A DNA stretch of 64,000 bases, from positions 117,304,001-117,368,000 of the forward strand of contig OX597821.1 in the NCBI GenBank assembly GCA_951406725.2, in the 5' to 3' direction. The stretch is from Octopus vulgaris (lineage: Eukaryota). Position 1 is the stretch's first letter, and every line of letters starts with the position of its first letter. Under the pieces are notes generated by a model. It searched no databases, was not told the DNA's origin, and saw only the letters and a program-made list of their open reading frames with translations. Positions 50,570 to 63,670 of the stretch are shown in pieces. The translations under genes and the position numbers were made by a program.

Positions 50570-51047
50570 CGAGGTCTTGTCAAAAAATATCAGGACTGTT
50601 GCTATGGTAACACAGCTAAAGTATGCAGAACAAAGCCACTTGGCACGGATTGGTCTCGAACTCTGTCGCACATGGGCACTAAATTATAACATTCTCACTC
50701 ACTTCCATTGTTGAGAGCAGTGCTTGGAACTAAAATGTGTAGAGTGTGGTCATCTAAAAGAAAAAAAAGATTAAAAAATTGAGTTTCAGTGATTGTGTTG
50801 AGAAGATTTGAAAACAGTCATAACAAGTGATGAATTGAGGGTCTATGGCTATGACCCTGAAACCAAGGCTGAAAGGAATCCTACTTGAAAGGAACAGGTT
50901 CCAGGAATGCTTCCTTCAATGGAAATGAAACTGGTTAAAGTGTGTGGTTCCAGAAAGAAACTACTTCAAAGAAGATTAAATATGAAATTGATGTGTTGTA
51001 GTATTTTATCTTATACAACCAGTTCCGATAATCTTTGATCAGACATA
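50570..51047 (+). mobile_element. Internally deleted mariner element
   Basis: TIRs CGAGGTCTTGTCAAAAAATATCAGGACTG / CAGTTCCGATAATCTTTGATCAGAC; VITSDELRVYGYDPETKA (50817-50870) and FQECFLQWK*NWLKCVVPERNYFKED* are mariner motifs. Confidence 0.8.
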
Positions 51048-51053
51048 TATATA

Positions 51054-51265
51054 AAGGGGTGCTGAAATGTTCCTGGTATAAGGGTATTTGTGAAGGGCCT
51101 AGTTGGAGGCCCGATCTACCAAGTTCTTTTACAGGGCTTAGAAAAACTGAAGGACCACTGCAATAAGTGTGTGAATCTGAGAGGGGAATATGTTGAATAA
51201 AACCATAATTAACTGATCCTCCTGTATTTTCTTTTACTTAAAACCAGGATCTTTTCAGCACCTCC
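51054..51265 (+). mobile_element. mariner-derived MITE, about 210 bp
   Basis: TIRs GGGGTGCTGAAATGTTCCTGG / CCAGGATCTTTTCAGCACCTC; retains transposase C-terminus GLEKLKDHCNKCVNLRGEYVE*. Confidence 0.8.
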
Positions 51266-54200
51266 ACCTTCTGTGTGTGGTGTGTGTGTGTGTGTGTGTG
51301 CGTACGTGCGTGCATGTGAGTAGTGATAGAAAATAAGGACTGAGGAAATCTAGGCAAGTACCTCAGTGAGCACATCACATAAAAAATCCTAGCCGACAGA
51401 ATGTCATTTGAGAATTAGGAATCTGCTAGGTTAAATACACAGAGTATTCAATACAAACTGTAAATCTGAGATTATTTACTAATTTACTGGTTGGTTTACC
51501 AATCACAGAATATAATAGCAGAAAAGCAAAGAATGAAGATTAAGGTGTTACATAACTTTATTGAAGTCTTTGCTTATTTTTGATGGCCAGAGGAATTATT
51601 TCCTTGCAATAACTTAGTTTGTATGAATAATTAACCAATTAATTAATGAAACAATTAACCCTGAACCATTCTCAGTAGACCCTGAAGTTATGGGGGAAAT
51701 GACAATGGATTGAGATGTCTGGTGAGATGCAGTTCTTGCGAAGACCCACCCACATCAGTGAAGCTGAGTTCTAGAAGCGCTGTGTCCACCCACATTGAAT
51801 GATAAAACTTTCCACACACCCTACCCCAACAAACCCAACTACATCTCTTCTCTTCCTCATATTTCCTCTTTCATGCACTAGGCTTATCTCTCACTCCCTA
51901 ATCCTAACCTCACAGCCCTTCCCACTGTATCATTGCTATCCTGTAGTCCCCCAGCCTCCTCTATATACCCAGATTTTCACCAGCCACTGCACTACTCTTG
52001 GTCCGTCATGCTTCTTTGATAAATACCCTGCCACTTATATTATGACCTTGATACCTTGAGGGTATGCTCTGGCACTTGCCACCATCTGTCTCTCTCTTCC
52101 TTCACCATCCCATTTATATTCTGATCTCCATTCCTGTGAGTATGCCCCAACACTTCATCACCACCTCTCTCCTGTTCTCTCTTGCACTCTTGCTGTCTCC
52201 CACCCTCTCTCTCTCTCTCTCTCTCTTTTTCTCACTTTTCCCTCAGGCTAGATAGCCATGTATCTCCTTTTCAGCAGCACACCTATTTCTGTTCTCACTC
52301 TTGATCACTCAGTCTCTCTCTCTGGCCAGGTAACTATGTACCTCCTCTACAGCAAGACACTTGTTTCTGCCTCTCCACCACACTCAAACCTTTCATCATT
52401 TAACAAAGATCACCTCCTCCAATGCCCCCCTCTCCTCTCAAAGGATCTTTGTCTTGCCATATAAAAAGCACTGTCCACTCTCCTGGGTGGTTGGTGTTAG
52501 GAAGGGCATCCATCTGTAAAAACCCTGCCAAAACAGACATAGAAGTCTGGTGTGGGCTTCTGCCTGGCCAACTTCTGTCAAACCATTCAACACATGCAAG
52601 CATGGAAGGTGGACGTTGTTGATGATGACAACAATGATGACGATGATATAGTGACACTTATATATGGCTACTTTTCCATGTTTGCATGCACTGGATGGTA
52701 TTTGTTGAAGCAGATTTTTCAATGGCAAAATGCCTTTCCTGTCACCAACACTTAATATTTCCTCATGATCAACATATTTTCACAGAATATTGGAAAGAAA
52801 TAACATTTATTTACAATAATCACATGATGTCAAGACAAGAAATAGTAAAATGTAGCACAGAAGGATGACAAAGAAACACATAGAAAACAGAAAAAAAAAT
52901 ACACATAATGGCTGTGTGCATGGTCACCCCTCATCAGTTAACTGACCAAAAGCCATCATAATTTTGACACCTCACATACACACACATCTTTCAGTTTCCA
53001 TCAATAAAAATCCACCAACAGGGCTTTGGTCAGTCCCAGACTATTGAAGACATTTGTCCAAGGTGCTACACAGCGGGACTGAACTTGGTACCACACAGCC
53101 ACGTCTAATTTTGAGTTGTTCTCATTTAGCAAATGTCTTAATCTAACACTTTGTGGTGTAACTGAAACCATTACAACAGAGAAGGGTTAAGATTAACTAT
53201 TTAAACAGAAAATATGCAACAACTATGCCATTCCCCACACCAGGTACATTTGGTTATATTCACAGCTATCAAGTGTCAAAACATTTTTGTTTGATTTCTG
53301 TAGCCTGGTCACTGACACAATTCCATTGTATCTGCTGGAAAGCATTCATTGGCTGTTTCCTTTAGTTTTCTTCTTTTTATTTATTAATTACCTTCTTCTT
53401 CAAGCACAGGTGTGGTTAACATTTTGCTATATCTTTTTTCTGTTTTTTTTACATTAATTTGATGTATGTAATATTTTATATTTTAGGGTGGTTGTCTTTG
53501 GTGTGTGAGTGACATTTTTCTTTCCGTTTTGAGATTTTCATATTAAAATCCTTTCCATTTATTATTTTTTTTTTGAGGTAGAAACGTAATTAAAATAAAA
53601 CAAAAACAAACAAATTAAGAAATAAAAATTCCCATGGCTTATAAAACCTAACCAACAGCTGCTTTTCAACTGATATTTCAGAATACAGTGACCCAATCAC
53701 TGAAGTGTGACAATACTTTTTAAAGCTTCATAATGAATTATACTAGGAGGCGGTGAGCTGGAAAATGCTTAGAAACATTTCTTTTGGATTTTTGCCTTTT
53801 GATTCAAATCCCACCAAAGTCAACTTCTACCTTTCATCTCTTTAGGGTCAACAAAGTACCAGTCAAGTACTGAGGTCAATGTATTTGACTTGGCCTCTCC
53901 TTTCAGAATTGCTGGCCCTTGTACCCTGCAATGGACTGGTGTCCCATTCAGAAGGAATGTTGTGGTTTTGGTCTCTTATATGTTATGAAAACCAGGTAAC
54001 TGGCCCAATGAGTCCTAGGGTTATAGAAAGAAAAGTGAAAAGTTATACTATTAAGAATTAGATAAAAGTGAATACAACAAGACACTTCTCTGGTGTAATT
54101 GTGTGAGTGTGTGTGTGTGTATTCAACCGTCTTCATGTCGGTATGAGTCAGACAAGACTTATTAAGGCAGAATTCTATGGCTGGATGCCCTTCCTGATTC

Positions 54201-55012
54201 CAAACTTGACTTGTTTTCAGCCTTTGTTTTATTCAACCAGCCTTGCCAAAACTGACCTCACCTGTACTTGTGCCACGTAAAAAGCACTAAGCCCACTCTG
54301 CTGAGTGGTTGGTGTTAGGAAGGGCATCCAGCTGTAAAAATCCTGCCAAAACAGTCACAGAAGTCTGGTGCAGGCTTCTGTCTGACCAGCTCTTGTGAAA
54401 CTGTCCCACCCATGCTAGCATGGAAGGAGGATATTAAACGATGATGATGATGTTGTCAAGGCACGGAGCTGGCAGAATCGTTACTACTATGGACAAAAGG
54501 CTTAGCAGTGTTTCTTCTGGCTTTTACATCCTGAGTTCAAAAACAGCTGCTGTCACCTTTGTTTTGGTTCATTTTGGGGTTGATAAAACAAATACCAGTT
54601 AAGTTCTGGGGAATATCCTCTCCCCTAAAACTGTTGGTCTTGCAACAAAATGAACTAATACTTCATAAAGCCCTGATTTTATGGGGTTGCTCATAACAGC
54701 GATAAGAAGACACAGCTCCAGTAAACAGTTCACGCCAGCATCTAAATTTACACAACACTGAGCTAAAATTGAAGAATGAACGTAAAAAACATTTAAACTA
54801 TACTATTAGATAATAGAAATCAGGGAAGGCAATAAATACCAGATAGAAGAAAAGAAGAAAAATAAGAAGAGATAATAAAAAAAAATATTGACAACACAAA
54901 TAAAGATTTATAGCTTAGAATATTTTCAATCAAAAGTATTTTTATATCAATATTTCCATCAAACAGTCAATTCGTTGTACATAATTCTAGACAAGATACT
55001 AGTCTAGCTTTG

Positions 55013-55016
<4 letters not shown>

Positions 55017-55057
<41 letters not shown>

Positions 55058-55171
55058 GAAACAGGAAGAAAAGAAGAATAGAGTGAGAACAGAGAGTAAA
55101 GAGAGAAGAGGAGAATAAGGTGAGATGTTAATGCACGAAAGATAAAGAGGAGAGAGACAATGAGAGAGAGA

Positions 55172-55223
<52 letters not shown>

Positions 55224-55483
55224 TGAGAGAGAGATGAGAAACAGGAACAAAAGAACAATAGAGTGAGAACAGAGAGTAAAGAGAGAAGAGGAGAATAAGG
55301 TGAGATGTTAATGCACGAAAGATAAAGAGGAGAGAGACAATGAGAGAGAGAGAGAGAGAGAGAGATGAGAGAGAGATGAGAAACAGGAACAAAAGAACAA
55401 TAGAGTGAGAACAGAGAGTAAAGAGAGAAGAGGAGAATAAGGTGAGATGTTAATGCACGAAAGATAAAGAGGAGAGAGACAAT

Positions 55484-55514
<31 letters not shown>

Positions 55515-56240
55515 GATTAAGAGAAGATAAAAAAAAAGAGACAAGACAGAGAAGAGAGAGAATGAGAACAGAAGAGAAAATATGAAGAAAGATGATGAGA
55601 CAATAAGAAAAGAGAGGATAGGAAAAGAGGCAAGAAGAGAGATTGAGAGAACAAGGAGAGACTTGGTGGATAAAAAGAGAGAGAGAGAAAAAGGAGACTA
55701 CAAAGAGAGAAGAAGAGAGACAAATAGAGAGAGAGAATAAAAGACTGAGACAGAAGATGACAATTGTAAAGCGAAAAAGTATGAAAAAGAAGGAAGAAAG
55801 GAGAAGTATGAAGAGAGAGAGAGAGAGAGGGAGGGAGAGAGAGAAAATGAAAGAGATAGAAAGCGAGAGAGAGAGAGAAAGTGAAAGCGAGAGAGAGAAC
55901 ATGAAAGAGATAGAAAGCGAGAGAGAGGGAGAGAGAGAGAATGAAAAAGATAGAAAAAGAGAGAGAGAGAAAATGAAAGAGATAGAAAGCGAGAGAGAGA
56001 GAGAAAATGAAAGATAGAAAGCGAGAGAGAAAGATAGAGAGAAAATGAAAGAAATAGAGAGAGAGAAGATGAAAGAGAGAGAGAGAGATAGAGAGAGAAC
56101 ATGAAAGAGATAAAAGCGAGAGAGAGAGAGAGAGAGAGAACATGAAAGAGAGAGAGAGAAAAATTAAAGAGAGAGAGAGAGACTGACAGACAGACAGAGA
56201 GTAAATGAAAGAGATAGAAAGCGAGAGAGATTGAGAGAGA
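55017..56240. repeat. About 1.2-kb purine-rich (GA) low-complexity tract including three tandem copies of a 130-180-bp unit
   Basis: Unit ...GAGTGAGAACAGAGAGTAAAGAGAGAAGAGGAGAATAAGGTGAGATGTTAATGCACGAAAG... at about 55080, 55260 and 55402. Confidence 0.9.
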
Positions 56241-56657
56241 TGCGAGACGACAGAAGATTAACGATGCGGTGACGGATAAGTGAATTAGCGAGACAATGTG
56301 GGGAGATGGGGAGAGAGCGGGGGAGGAAAGAGGGAAGACAGGAGACAGAAGAAGAAGAGTGTGCATGGGGTCAATAAACTTGCGAACGAGAAAATGAAAG
56401 TTAGAAATCTGTAACATTACACAAAAAAAGTCAAAAGAAAAATCTTGGCTTCAACCAAAAAGAATGTGTGGCTGACGACAACAACAACAACAACATCGCT
56501 GCCATAAAAACAATGGTGTTGCTGAGGATGGTTGGTAATGATGATGATGATGATGGTTCACTAATTTTAGTTGCTGACACCACTACAATCAACAACTCCT
56601 ACCATGACCACCACCACCACCACCTCCAAACCACTTTTCTATCACTATTTCTAAAAT

Positions 56658-57030
56658 GACCACCACCACCGCCACATGTGTTATGTGCGACCTATCGTCT
56701 CCACCGTCCCCACCGCCACCATTACCATCGCCGCTGCCAACAACGCCACCGCCATGACCACCATCGTTATCATCATCAGCGACGCTACGACCGTCACCTC
56801 CACCATCATCATTACGGTTGCCGACACCACCACCACCACCACCACCATCGCCACATGTGTTATGTGCAACCTATCGCCTCCACCGTCGGCACCGCCACCA
56901 TCGCCATCGCCGCTGCCAACAACGCCACCGCCACCACCATCATTACCATCAACGTCGCTACGACCGTCACCACCATCATTTTCGTTGCCGACACCACCAC
57001 CACCACCACAACCATCATCGCTGCCGCCAT
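56658..57030. repeat. Tandem duplication (unit about 178 bp) of CAC/CGC-rich low-complexity sequence
   Basis: CGCCACATGTGTTATGTGC at about 56669 and 56849. Confidence 0.85.
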
Positions 57031-57619
57031 TAAGACAAATTTCCACCACGAGCGAGGAAGTCTTTACGTGATCGCTCACCTGCTAGAAATAGCAGTCAAA
57101 CTGTCCTCAAATCACACACTACCGTCTTAAAAACAACAAACAGGGGATAATGTAGCCGTGATACACTATGCCTAGTAAAAAGGCGAGACGGCCGCGGTTG
57201 GGATGCCTTTGATTATGTTAAATTTGCTCAATCAAGGCCGCCCTGTGGCTAAACAACAAATAACACCAACAACCGTTTAAGAGTTAATGTGTGCAAATAT
57301 GATTAACGGTTAATTCCTATTAAGTTTGCTTGTAAAGCAACCGTAACCAAAGTCTGACAAGTTAGGCAGAATCGAAGCAAGACTGACTGGCAGACAACGA
57401 ACGACGACGACGCTGCTGTGTGTGTCAGGCGTTGTATGTATGTGTTTATATGTGGAATATATATATGTGTGTGTCTATATGTGTGTGTAAGTGTGTGTGT
57501 GTGTGTCTATATGACTATGTGTGTGCCTGTGTGAAGAAAGCGTATATGTGATACACAGGAAGAAAGTGTTATTGTATACACACACATACATACACATACA
57601 CACACATTCACATGTATTT

Positions 57620-57712
57620 TATTTCCCGGTTCTGGTCGAAGATAATGGCGAAAATAGATGGATTGAGGTGGAAACTGAGAGAGAATGAAAAGGGCGGAGG
57701 GGCGCGAATTGT
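57620..57712 (-). promoter_or_regulatory. Candidate core promoter within a CpG-retaining region
   Basis: GC box GGGCGG (57692), Inr-like TCATTC and TCAGTT on minus (57688-57673), YY1-like CGCCAT (57650-57645). Motif inference only. Confidence 0.35.
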
Positions 57713-58958
57713 GTGGTGAAGATGGATTATATATTTCTGATATAGAATGAGTAAAGGATTATATATTCTCCGAGCACACCAAATTATATATATTATTCTA
57801 TGTTAAGATGTTTATTTAATCAAACTCATAAATACAGAAGGTACATACACAAACAAACGCACAAACATTTTATATACATTCTCATGTACATTCGTATACA
57901 GTCAACTATTTTCCATCTGCAAAAACAGATTAAACACACAAACACATGAATGTATTTGGAAACACATGTACAAAGGAAAAGCACGTTCATTCATATAATT
58001 TGTTTCCCCCAATATCTACAAATATACGTGTAGTGTATATTATATTGCATCGTTTTCGGCTGACAATAAGGAGAAAGAGATTCACTCACATCAGGCAAAG
58101 TTATAAGGTGTTTTATACAGGGTAAATATTTGCTGTTACAATGATGCCCAGCCTCTCCAACTAGCAAGCCATGTTCTGCATAGACATCTGTTGCAATCAC
58201 TGCTAAACCAAATCTGCCATTCTATCTTAAACCCCACTTTATGAAACCAGTGAGGTGCCTTCACATGGTTACCTGACCAGCAAGAAACAGAAGCCAAATT
58301 TTTCAAATCACACCTCAACAGCTTAAAAAAGACAAGAAAAACTATATCTTGAAATATGATCCTTGATGCAGAGCCTCCTTAGCAGCACTGCTGGCCCATC
58401 TGAAAATCACTGCACAGGGCCCAATAATATTGTGTTGACTCAAGAGCTTTGCAAAATTTTGGTAATTTCTTTGTTTTATTCATCAAATTATAACAAAAAC
58501 AGTCTAGCATTCAAAGTAGAGGCCAGTGTGTTGCACTGTCTGAAGACAGCTTTCTGCCAGTTCTTTGATCCCAAGTTGATATCAGTTCTTGTCCTCTGAG
58601 GTGAAGAACTCCCCCATTGAAGCGTCCACATCCTCTTGGTTGATGAAACATCACGAGCAAATGAAGTGAGCCACTGATCGGAACAAGTAATAACCCAAGG
58701 GAGATATTTTCCCACAACCCTAACGTCCATAAGCAGTGGTTAAGCAAGGGCTAGCTTCCAAAACCTTTCACCAAACACAGGGGTTTTGAACACAAGAATG
58801 CTAGTGGAATTATGTTTTCATTCCCACTGTGGTTCAGTCCCACTGTGTGGGCAAGTGTCTTCTACTATAGCCTTGGGTTGGCCAAAGCCTTGTGAGTGGA
58901 TTTGGTAGATGGAAACGGAAAGAAGCCTGTCATGTATGTATATATATATATGTATGTA

Positions 58959-59005
<47 letters not shown>

Positions 59006-59068
59006 ATTTATGTATGTATATATATATATGTATGTATATTTATGTATGTATATATATATATATGTATG

Positions 59069-59118
<50 letters not shown>

Positions 59119-60038
59119 ATTTATGTGCGTGTGTCTTTGTGTCTGAGTTTGTCCTCACCATCGCTTGACAACTGATGTTCGTGTGTTTACGTACCCGTAA
59201 CTTAGTGGTTCGGCAAAAGAGACTGATAGAATAAGTACTAGGCTTACAAAGAATAGAGTTGATTTCTTCAACAAAGTTGTACATCATCTCCCTCTTTCTC
59301 TCTCTTTTATTATTACCCCCACTGCCACCATCAACACTACTACTTTTAATAAAACATCATCAACTCTCCCTAAATTTCTTTTTTCTTTCACTCCCTCTCT
59401 TTTTCTTTCTCTCTCTCTCTCTGTCTGTCTTCACCACCGCCCTCACTGTCTCTATGGCTACTATTACTCTCACCCCATCATGAGGAATAGTTGGAGTGTC
59501 ATTGGATAGTGAGAGAGGGCGTCTAATTGTGAGACACTGACACATAGAAATTAGTTTTCATATTTATTATATTAGATATATATAATAAATATATTGTTTT
59601 TTCGTTTGAAAAATGTTTTTTTACACAATTGCTTGAAAGTGCTTAGGTCAAACCTGAGACACTAGACATTATGGTTTAAGAAGAGTTGATATTTAGATAA
59701 CCATCCTATAGTTATAAATTCCATCAACATAATAAATATATATAACACAATAAATACACCAACAAAAGGAATATATCAATATATTATTTAAAAGAGAAAT
59801 AAGAAATAAATGAGGTAAAAATATACGTGAAAAGGGTAAATGAATAAAGAGATACAGCGATTAAAAATCATATTAAATTTATGATTAAAAATGTTGGATT
59901 AAGAATTAAAAGTTGTAAGATACATCGAGGACAGTGAGAAATCTTAGTGATGGATTTGAAAGACAGAGAAATAAGGATAAATTTGTTTTAAGAGTTCTAA
60001 AGAAATATTTATAGAGGGTTATAGCACCATATAAGATG

Positions 60039-60127
60039 TATTTTGACGGCTGTTTCTGGAGTCCATTTGCCTACAAGGTATGAATCCTTTAGATTCACAC
60101 TGACAATGTCCCCTTCACCAGGAAATA
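60039..60127 (-). ncRNA. Type I hammerhead motif with extended stem II in an AT-rich Penelope-like remnant (about 59525-60170)
   Basis: UAUUU-c-CUG(G)UGA-a-GGGG...CUCC-a-GAAA-CAGCC-GUC-a-AAAUA: one core mismatch, GUC cleavage triplet, stem I UAUUU/AAAUA. Confidence 0.55.
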
Positions 60128-60229
60128 AGTTTCAAAGAAATATAAGAGACAGGAAAATTTAAGGCTACATTATGTTTGTTGTTGGCTATTGCATCAGACA
60201 CTGACCACTTTTACAATGATTCATGCTTA

Positions 60230-60565
60230 TATCATCATCATCATCATCATCGTTTAACGTCCATTTTCCATACTAGCATAGGTTGGATGGTTCGACCGGG
60301 GTCTGGGAAGCCAGGAGGCTGCACCAGGCACCAGTCTGATCTGGCAATGTTTCTACAGCTGGATGCCCTTCCTAATGGCAACCACTCCGTGAGTGTAGTG
60401 GGTGCTTTTTTCACGCCACCGGCACAGGAGCCAGACGAGACTGGCAAACGGCCACGATCGGTTGGTGCTTTTACGTGTCACCAACATGGACGCCAGTCAG
60501 GCGGCGCCGGCATCGGCCACGTTTACACGGTGCTTTTCTCTTAATGTGTCACCGGCACGGGTGTC
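60230..60565 (-). mobile_element. RTE 3' end (family C)
   Basis: (CAT)n tail and family C motifs. Confidence 0.8.
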
Positions 60566-60759
60566 TGAACTACTATTTCCATTTAATTTATATATATAAA
60601 GAAATTTTTGGTGTAGGATGGTGAGAATATATATACATATATATGTATGTATGTAGTCTGGCATTGAATTTAGGTCCACGAAGGCTTTTTGGTAGCTTGC
60701 AATGAAGACTGAATTAACTAGATTTATAATTACTAAACAAATAATCAAATTAAACTTAC

Positions 60760-61453
60760 CTTCCTTCCCAAGATGTCAAAAGATTAAATAATGAAAGACT
60801 TACAAATATGTACCTAAGTGCAAACTTGTTTATGTAACAGTACATAGCATGGGTTATCAATAGAAAATATAAGGATTGTCATATGTACAGGGGTAGCAAG
60901 AATCAAAGTGACTATGTGAATATTTCATCTTAATGCATTCCAGCAGATTTAAACATGAATGCACTAATCACTGTTGTGCTTCATCACAGGAGAACAACTA
61001 CTCCATCTGAAAGAAGAGCTTTGAATTCTTGTTAGATCCATGAGTCCAAGGCTCCTCTGGATGATGAGACACAATGATGTTGAAACACCAGCTGTACCAG
61101 AGTCCCTTGCATTAATGTTATGAACACATATTCATTGTAGAGGAGAAGTTACCCAGTGCTGAAACACAACGGCAATTAACAAACTGATGTTCATATCAGC
61201 CTGGATGTATTAATAAATACAGAGCGTAAATACACGGAGTTATATCCAATTGTATTTAGTCTTGCTGTAAAACGTAAATCCCAAGAGAGCTTTTTAGTAG
61301 ACCGGATTGAAAACTGAACTGATTGGCTCCACAGTTTAGAGCACATGCTTGTTTAAGTAGTTTTCTGCCGTTTACATTCAACACAGAAAAATAACAGTGT
61401 AATTGAACAATGAAGCAAAAGTGAATAAGGTATTGGAAATTATTCAAAAGCAG
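60760..61453 (-). other. Candidate exon (5'UTR-like, possibly with a short N-terminal ORF 60845-60760)
   Basis: Unique sequence bounded by a long polypyrimidine tract plus TACAG acceptor (61454) and a perfect AAG|GTAAGT donor (60759). Confidence 0.3.
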
Positions 61454-61754
61454 CTGTAATGGGGGTGGGGAGACTGAGGGAGGGAGTGAGAGAGAGAAAT
61501 ATTTTAATATTCAGATTTAATATACTAAGGAGGTGTAAGTTTTTTGAGACTGAAATTTAAAATCGTTTCTTAATTTTATGCCCATTATTCATTACAAAAA
61601 ACAACAACAAAAACGCCCCCCCACCCCGAAAACCAAAAAACAAAATACAACCCCTGCCCACCATTCTTTTAAAACAAATAAATTTGGTAGTCTAGGCTGT
61701 ACTTTTAGACTTTAGCACCATTTCCTTACACCATATACTGCTTAAAAGAAGTTA

Positions 61755-62173
61755 GGTAGACCCAGAAAGAGTGGGATGAAGTGGTGAGAAAGGATCTTTG
61801 AATTCAGGCCCTCAGAGGAAATGCCAAAGGACTGGGAGTTGTGGCGATTTGCTGTACTTGATAAGACATGTCAAGCTAAGTAACACTGCTGCCATCCATA
61901 CATACAGACTTGTCTTTTACAGGTGCCTGGACCCACATAAAATGCATTCGTGCTGGTGCTGTGTAAGGGCACCTGTGCCTGTGGCACATAAAAAGCACCC
62001 TACACAGTGTAAAGTGGTTGGCATTAGGAAGGGCATCAAGCTGTAGAAACCATGCCACAACAGAGAATTGGAGTCTAGACAGCTTCCTGGCTGGCTGGCC
62101 AGCTCCTGTCAAACCATCCAACCCATGCCAACGTGGAAAATGGATGTCAAATTATAATGATGGTGATGATGAT
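61755..62173 (+). mobile_element. RTE ORF C-terminus remnant plus family C 3'UTR
   Basis: GRPRK..WDEVVRKDL...WELWRFAV remnant, then family C motifs and (GAT)n tail. Confidence 0.75.
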
Positions 62174-63284
62174 TTAGAAAGAAACACATTTTAGTATAAT
62201 AGGTGGCCAAAGTGAAGAAATATATCTTCAAAGGAATGGTAAATCGGTCTTAAGAACCTTTTAGCCATAATGCCTCACCCACCTCCTGCTCCATCAATTA
62301 ACTACTCTTGATGATGTTCTAGAATCCAATTGCTTAGTTAATCTATCACAATAGGTTTTCCTGGTAGATAAACCTGGGCACATAAAGGCACGTGACCCAG
62401 TGCTTAGGGTGTTGCAGCCTTGATTGCAAGATAAAGGTTTCAATCCCTGGACCAGGTGGTGCATTATGTCCTTGAGCAAAACACTTCATTTCATGTTGCT
62501 TCAGTTTACCAAGTCGTAAATGATTGACCCTGCAAAGGACTGGCATCCCATCCAGAGGAAATGTTGTGATCTCTGTTACTTATATATTATGGAAACAGGG
62601 TAACTGGCTCAAGGAATCCTAGGACTCAAGACAGTAATGTCCAGGGTTTGATGATGATGAAACAAGGGCACATGCATAATTGTCTGGTTAACAAATTTGC
62701 TTCTCAACCAACTGTTTCTGGGTATGATTGCACTGCATTTACTTCCTGGGTAAACCTGCCAGAAGTACAGTTCCTTGTTACTGGGCAGCAGACATAATTT
62801 GTCAACTAGTTTCAGCATTCACTGTGCTTGCACCACATGAAAAGCACAACTGCTGAGCAGTTGTTGTTAGGAAGGGCATCCAAATGTAAAAATCCTGTCA
62901 AGACAGTCACAGAAGTCTGGTGCAGGCTTCAGCCTGACCGGTGCTTATGGTACTGTCCCACCTATGCTAGCATGGAAGACAGACATTAAACAATGATGAA
63001 GAGGTTACTGTGTCAAATGTTATATTTATTTATTTACATTGTTTTCAACTAATCATTTATCGTCTTGTAGCTTTGAGATTTCATTGATATGATAGCTTAG
63101 TTTTAGAACGATATTATGAGGTTGGTGTGAGAGGTAGGATCTGGCCAGTTTGAACATAAAACAGGTAGAATACTAGAGCTCGATATGGCTGGATTAAATG
63201 CTAAAAAGTTAACACCATCATCTCGTGTAGCCCCCAAATTGCTTTAGTGGAGTAAACTCTGTCACAAGCATCCAGGCCAAGTCA

Positions 63285-63670
63285 CCATCATCATCATCAT
63301 CGTTTAACGTCCGCTTTCCATGCTAGCATGGGTTGGACGATTTTGACTGAGGACTGGCGAACCAGATGGCTGCACCAGGCTCCAATCTTGATCTGACAGA
63401 GTTTCTACAGCTGGATGCCTTTCCTAACGCCAACCACTCCGAGAGTGTAGTGGGTGCTTTTTACGTGTCACTGGCACAGGGGCGAGTCAGGCGGTACTGG
63501 CAATGACCTCGCTCGAATCTTTTTGCACATGCTACCGGCACAGGTGCCAGTAAGGAGACGTTGGTAACGATCATGCTCGAATGGTGCCCTTTTATGTGCC
63601 ACTGGCACAGAAGCCAGTTGGCTGCTCTGGCAACGATCACACTTGGATGGTGCTCTTGGCACCCTTGGCA
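63285..63670 (-). mobile_element. Young RTE 3' end (family C)
   Basis: Highly similar to the copies at 2237-2645 and 35634-36134. Confidence 0.85.

Noticed and set aside
54620-54762. Minus-strand candidate exon reading MSNPIKSGLYEVLV, reminiscent of a syntrophin N-terminus
   Set aside because: The similarity is only a few residues, the frame runs into a family B SINE, and the donor is weak.
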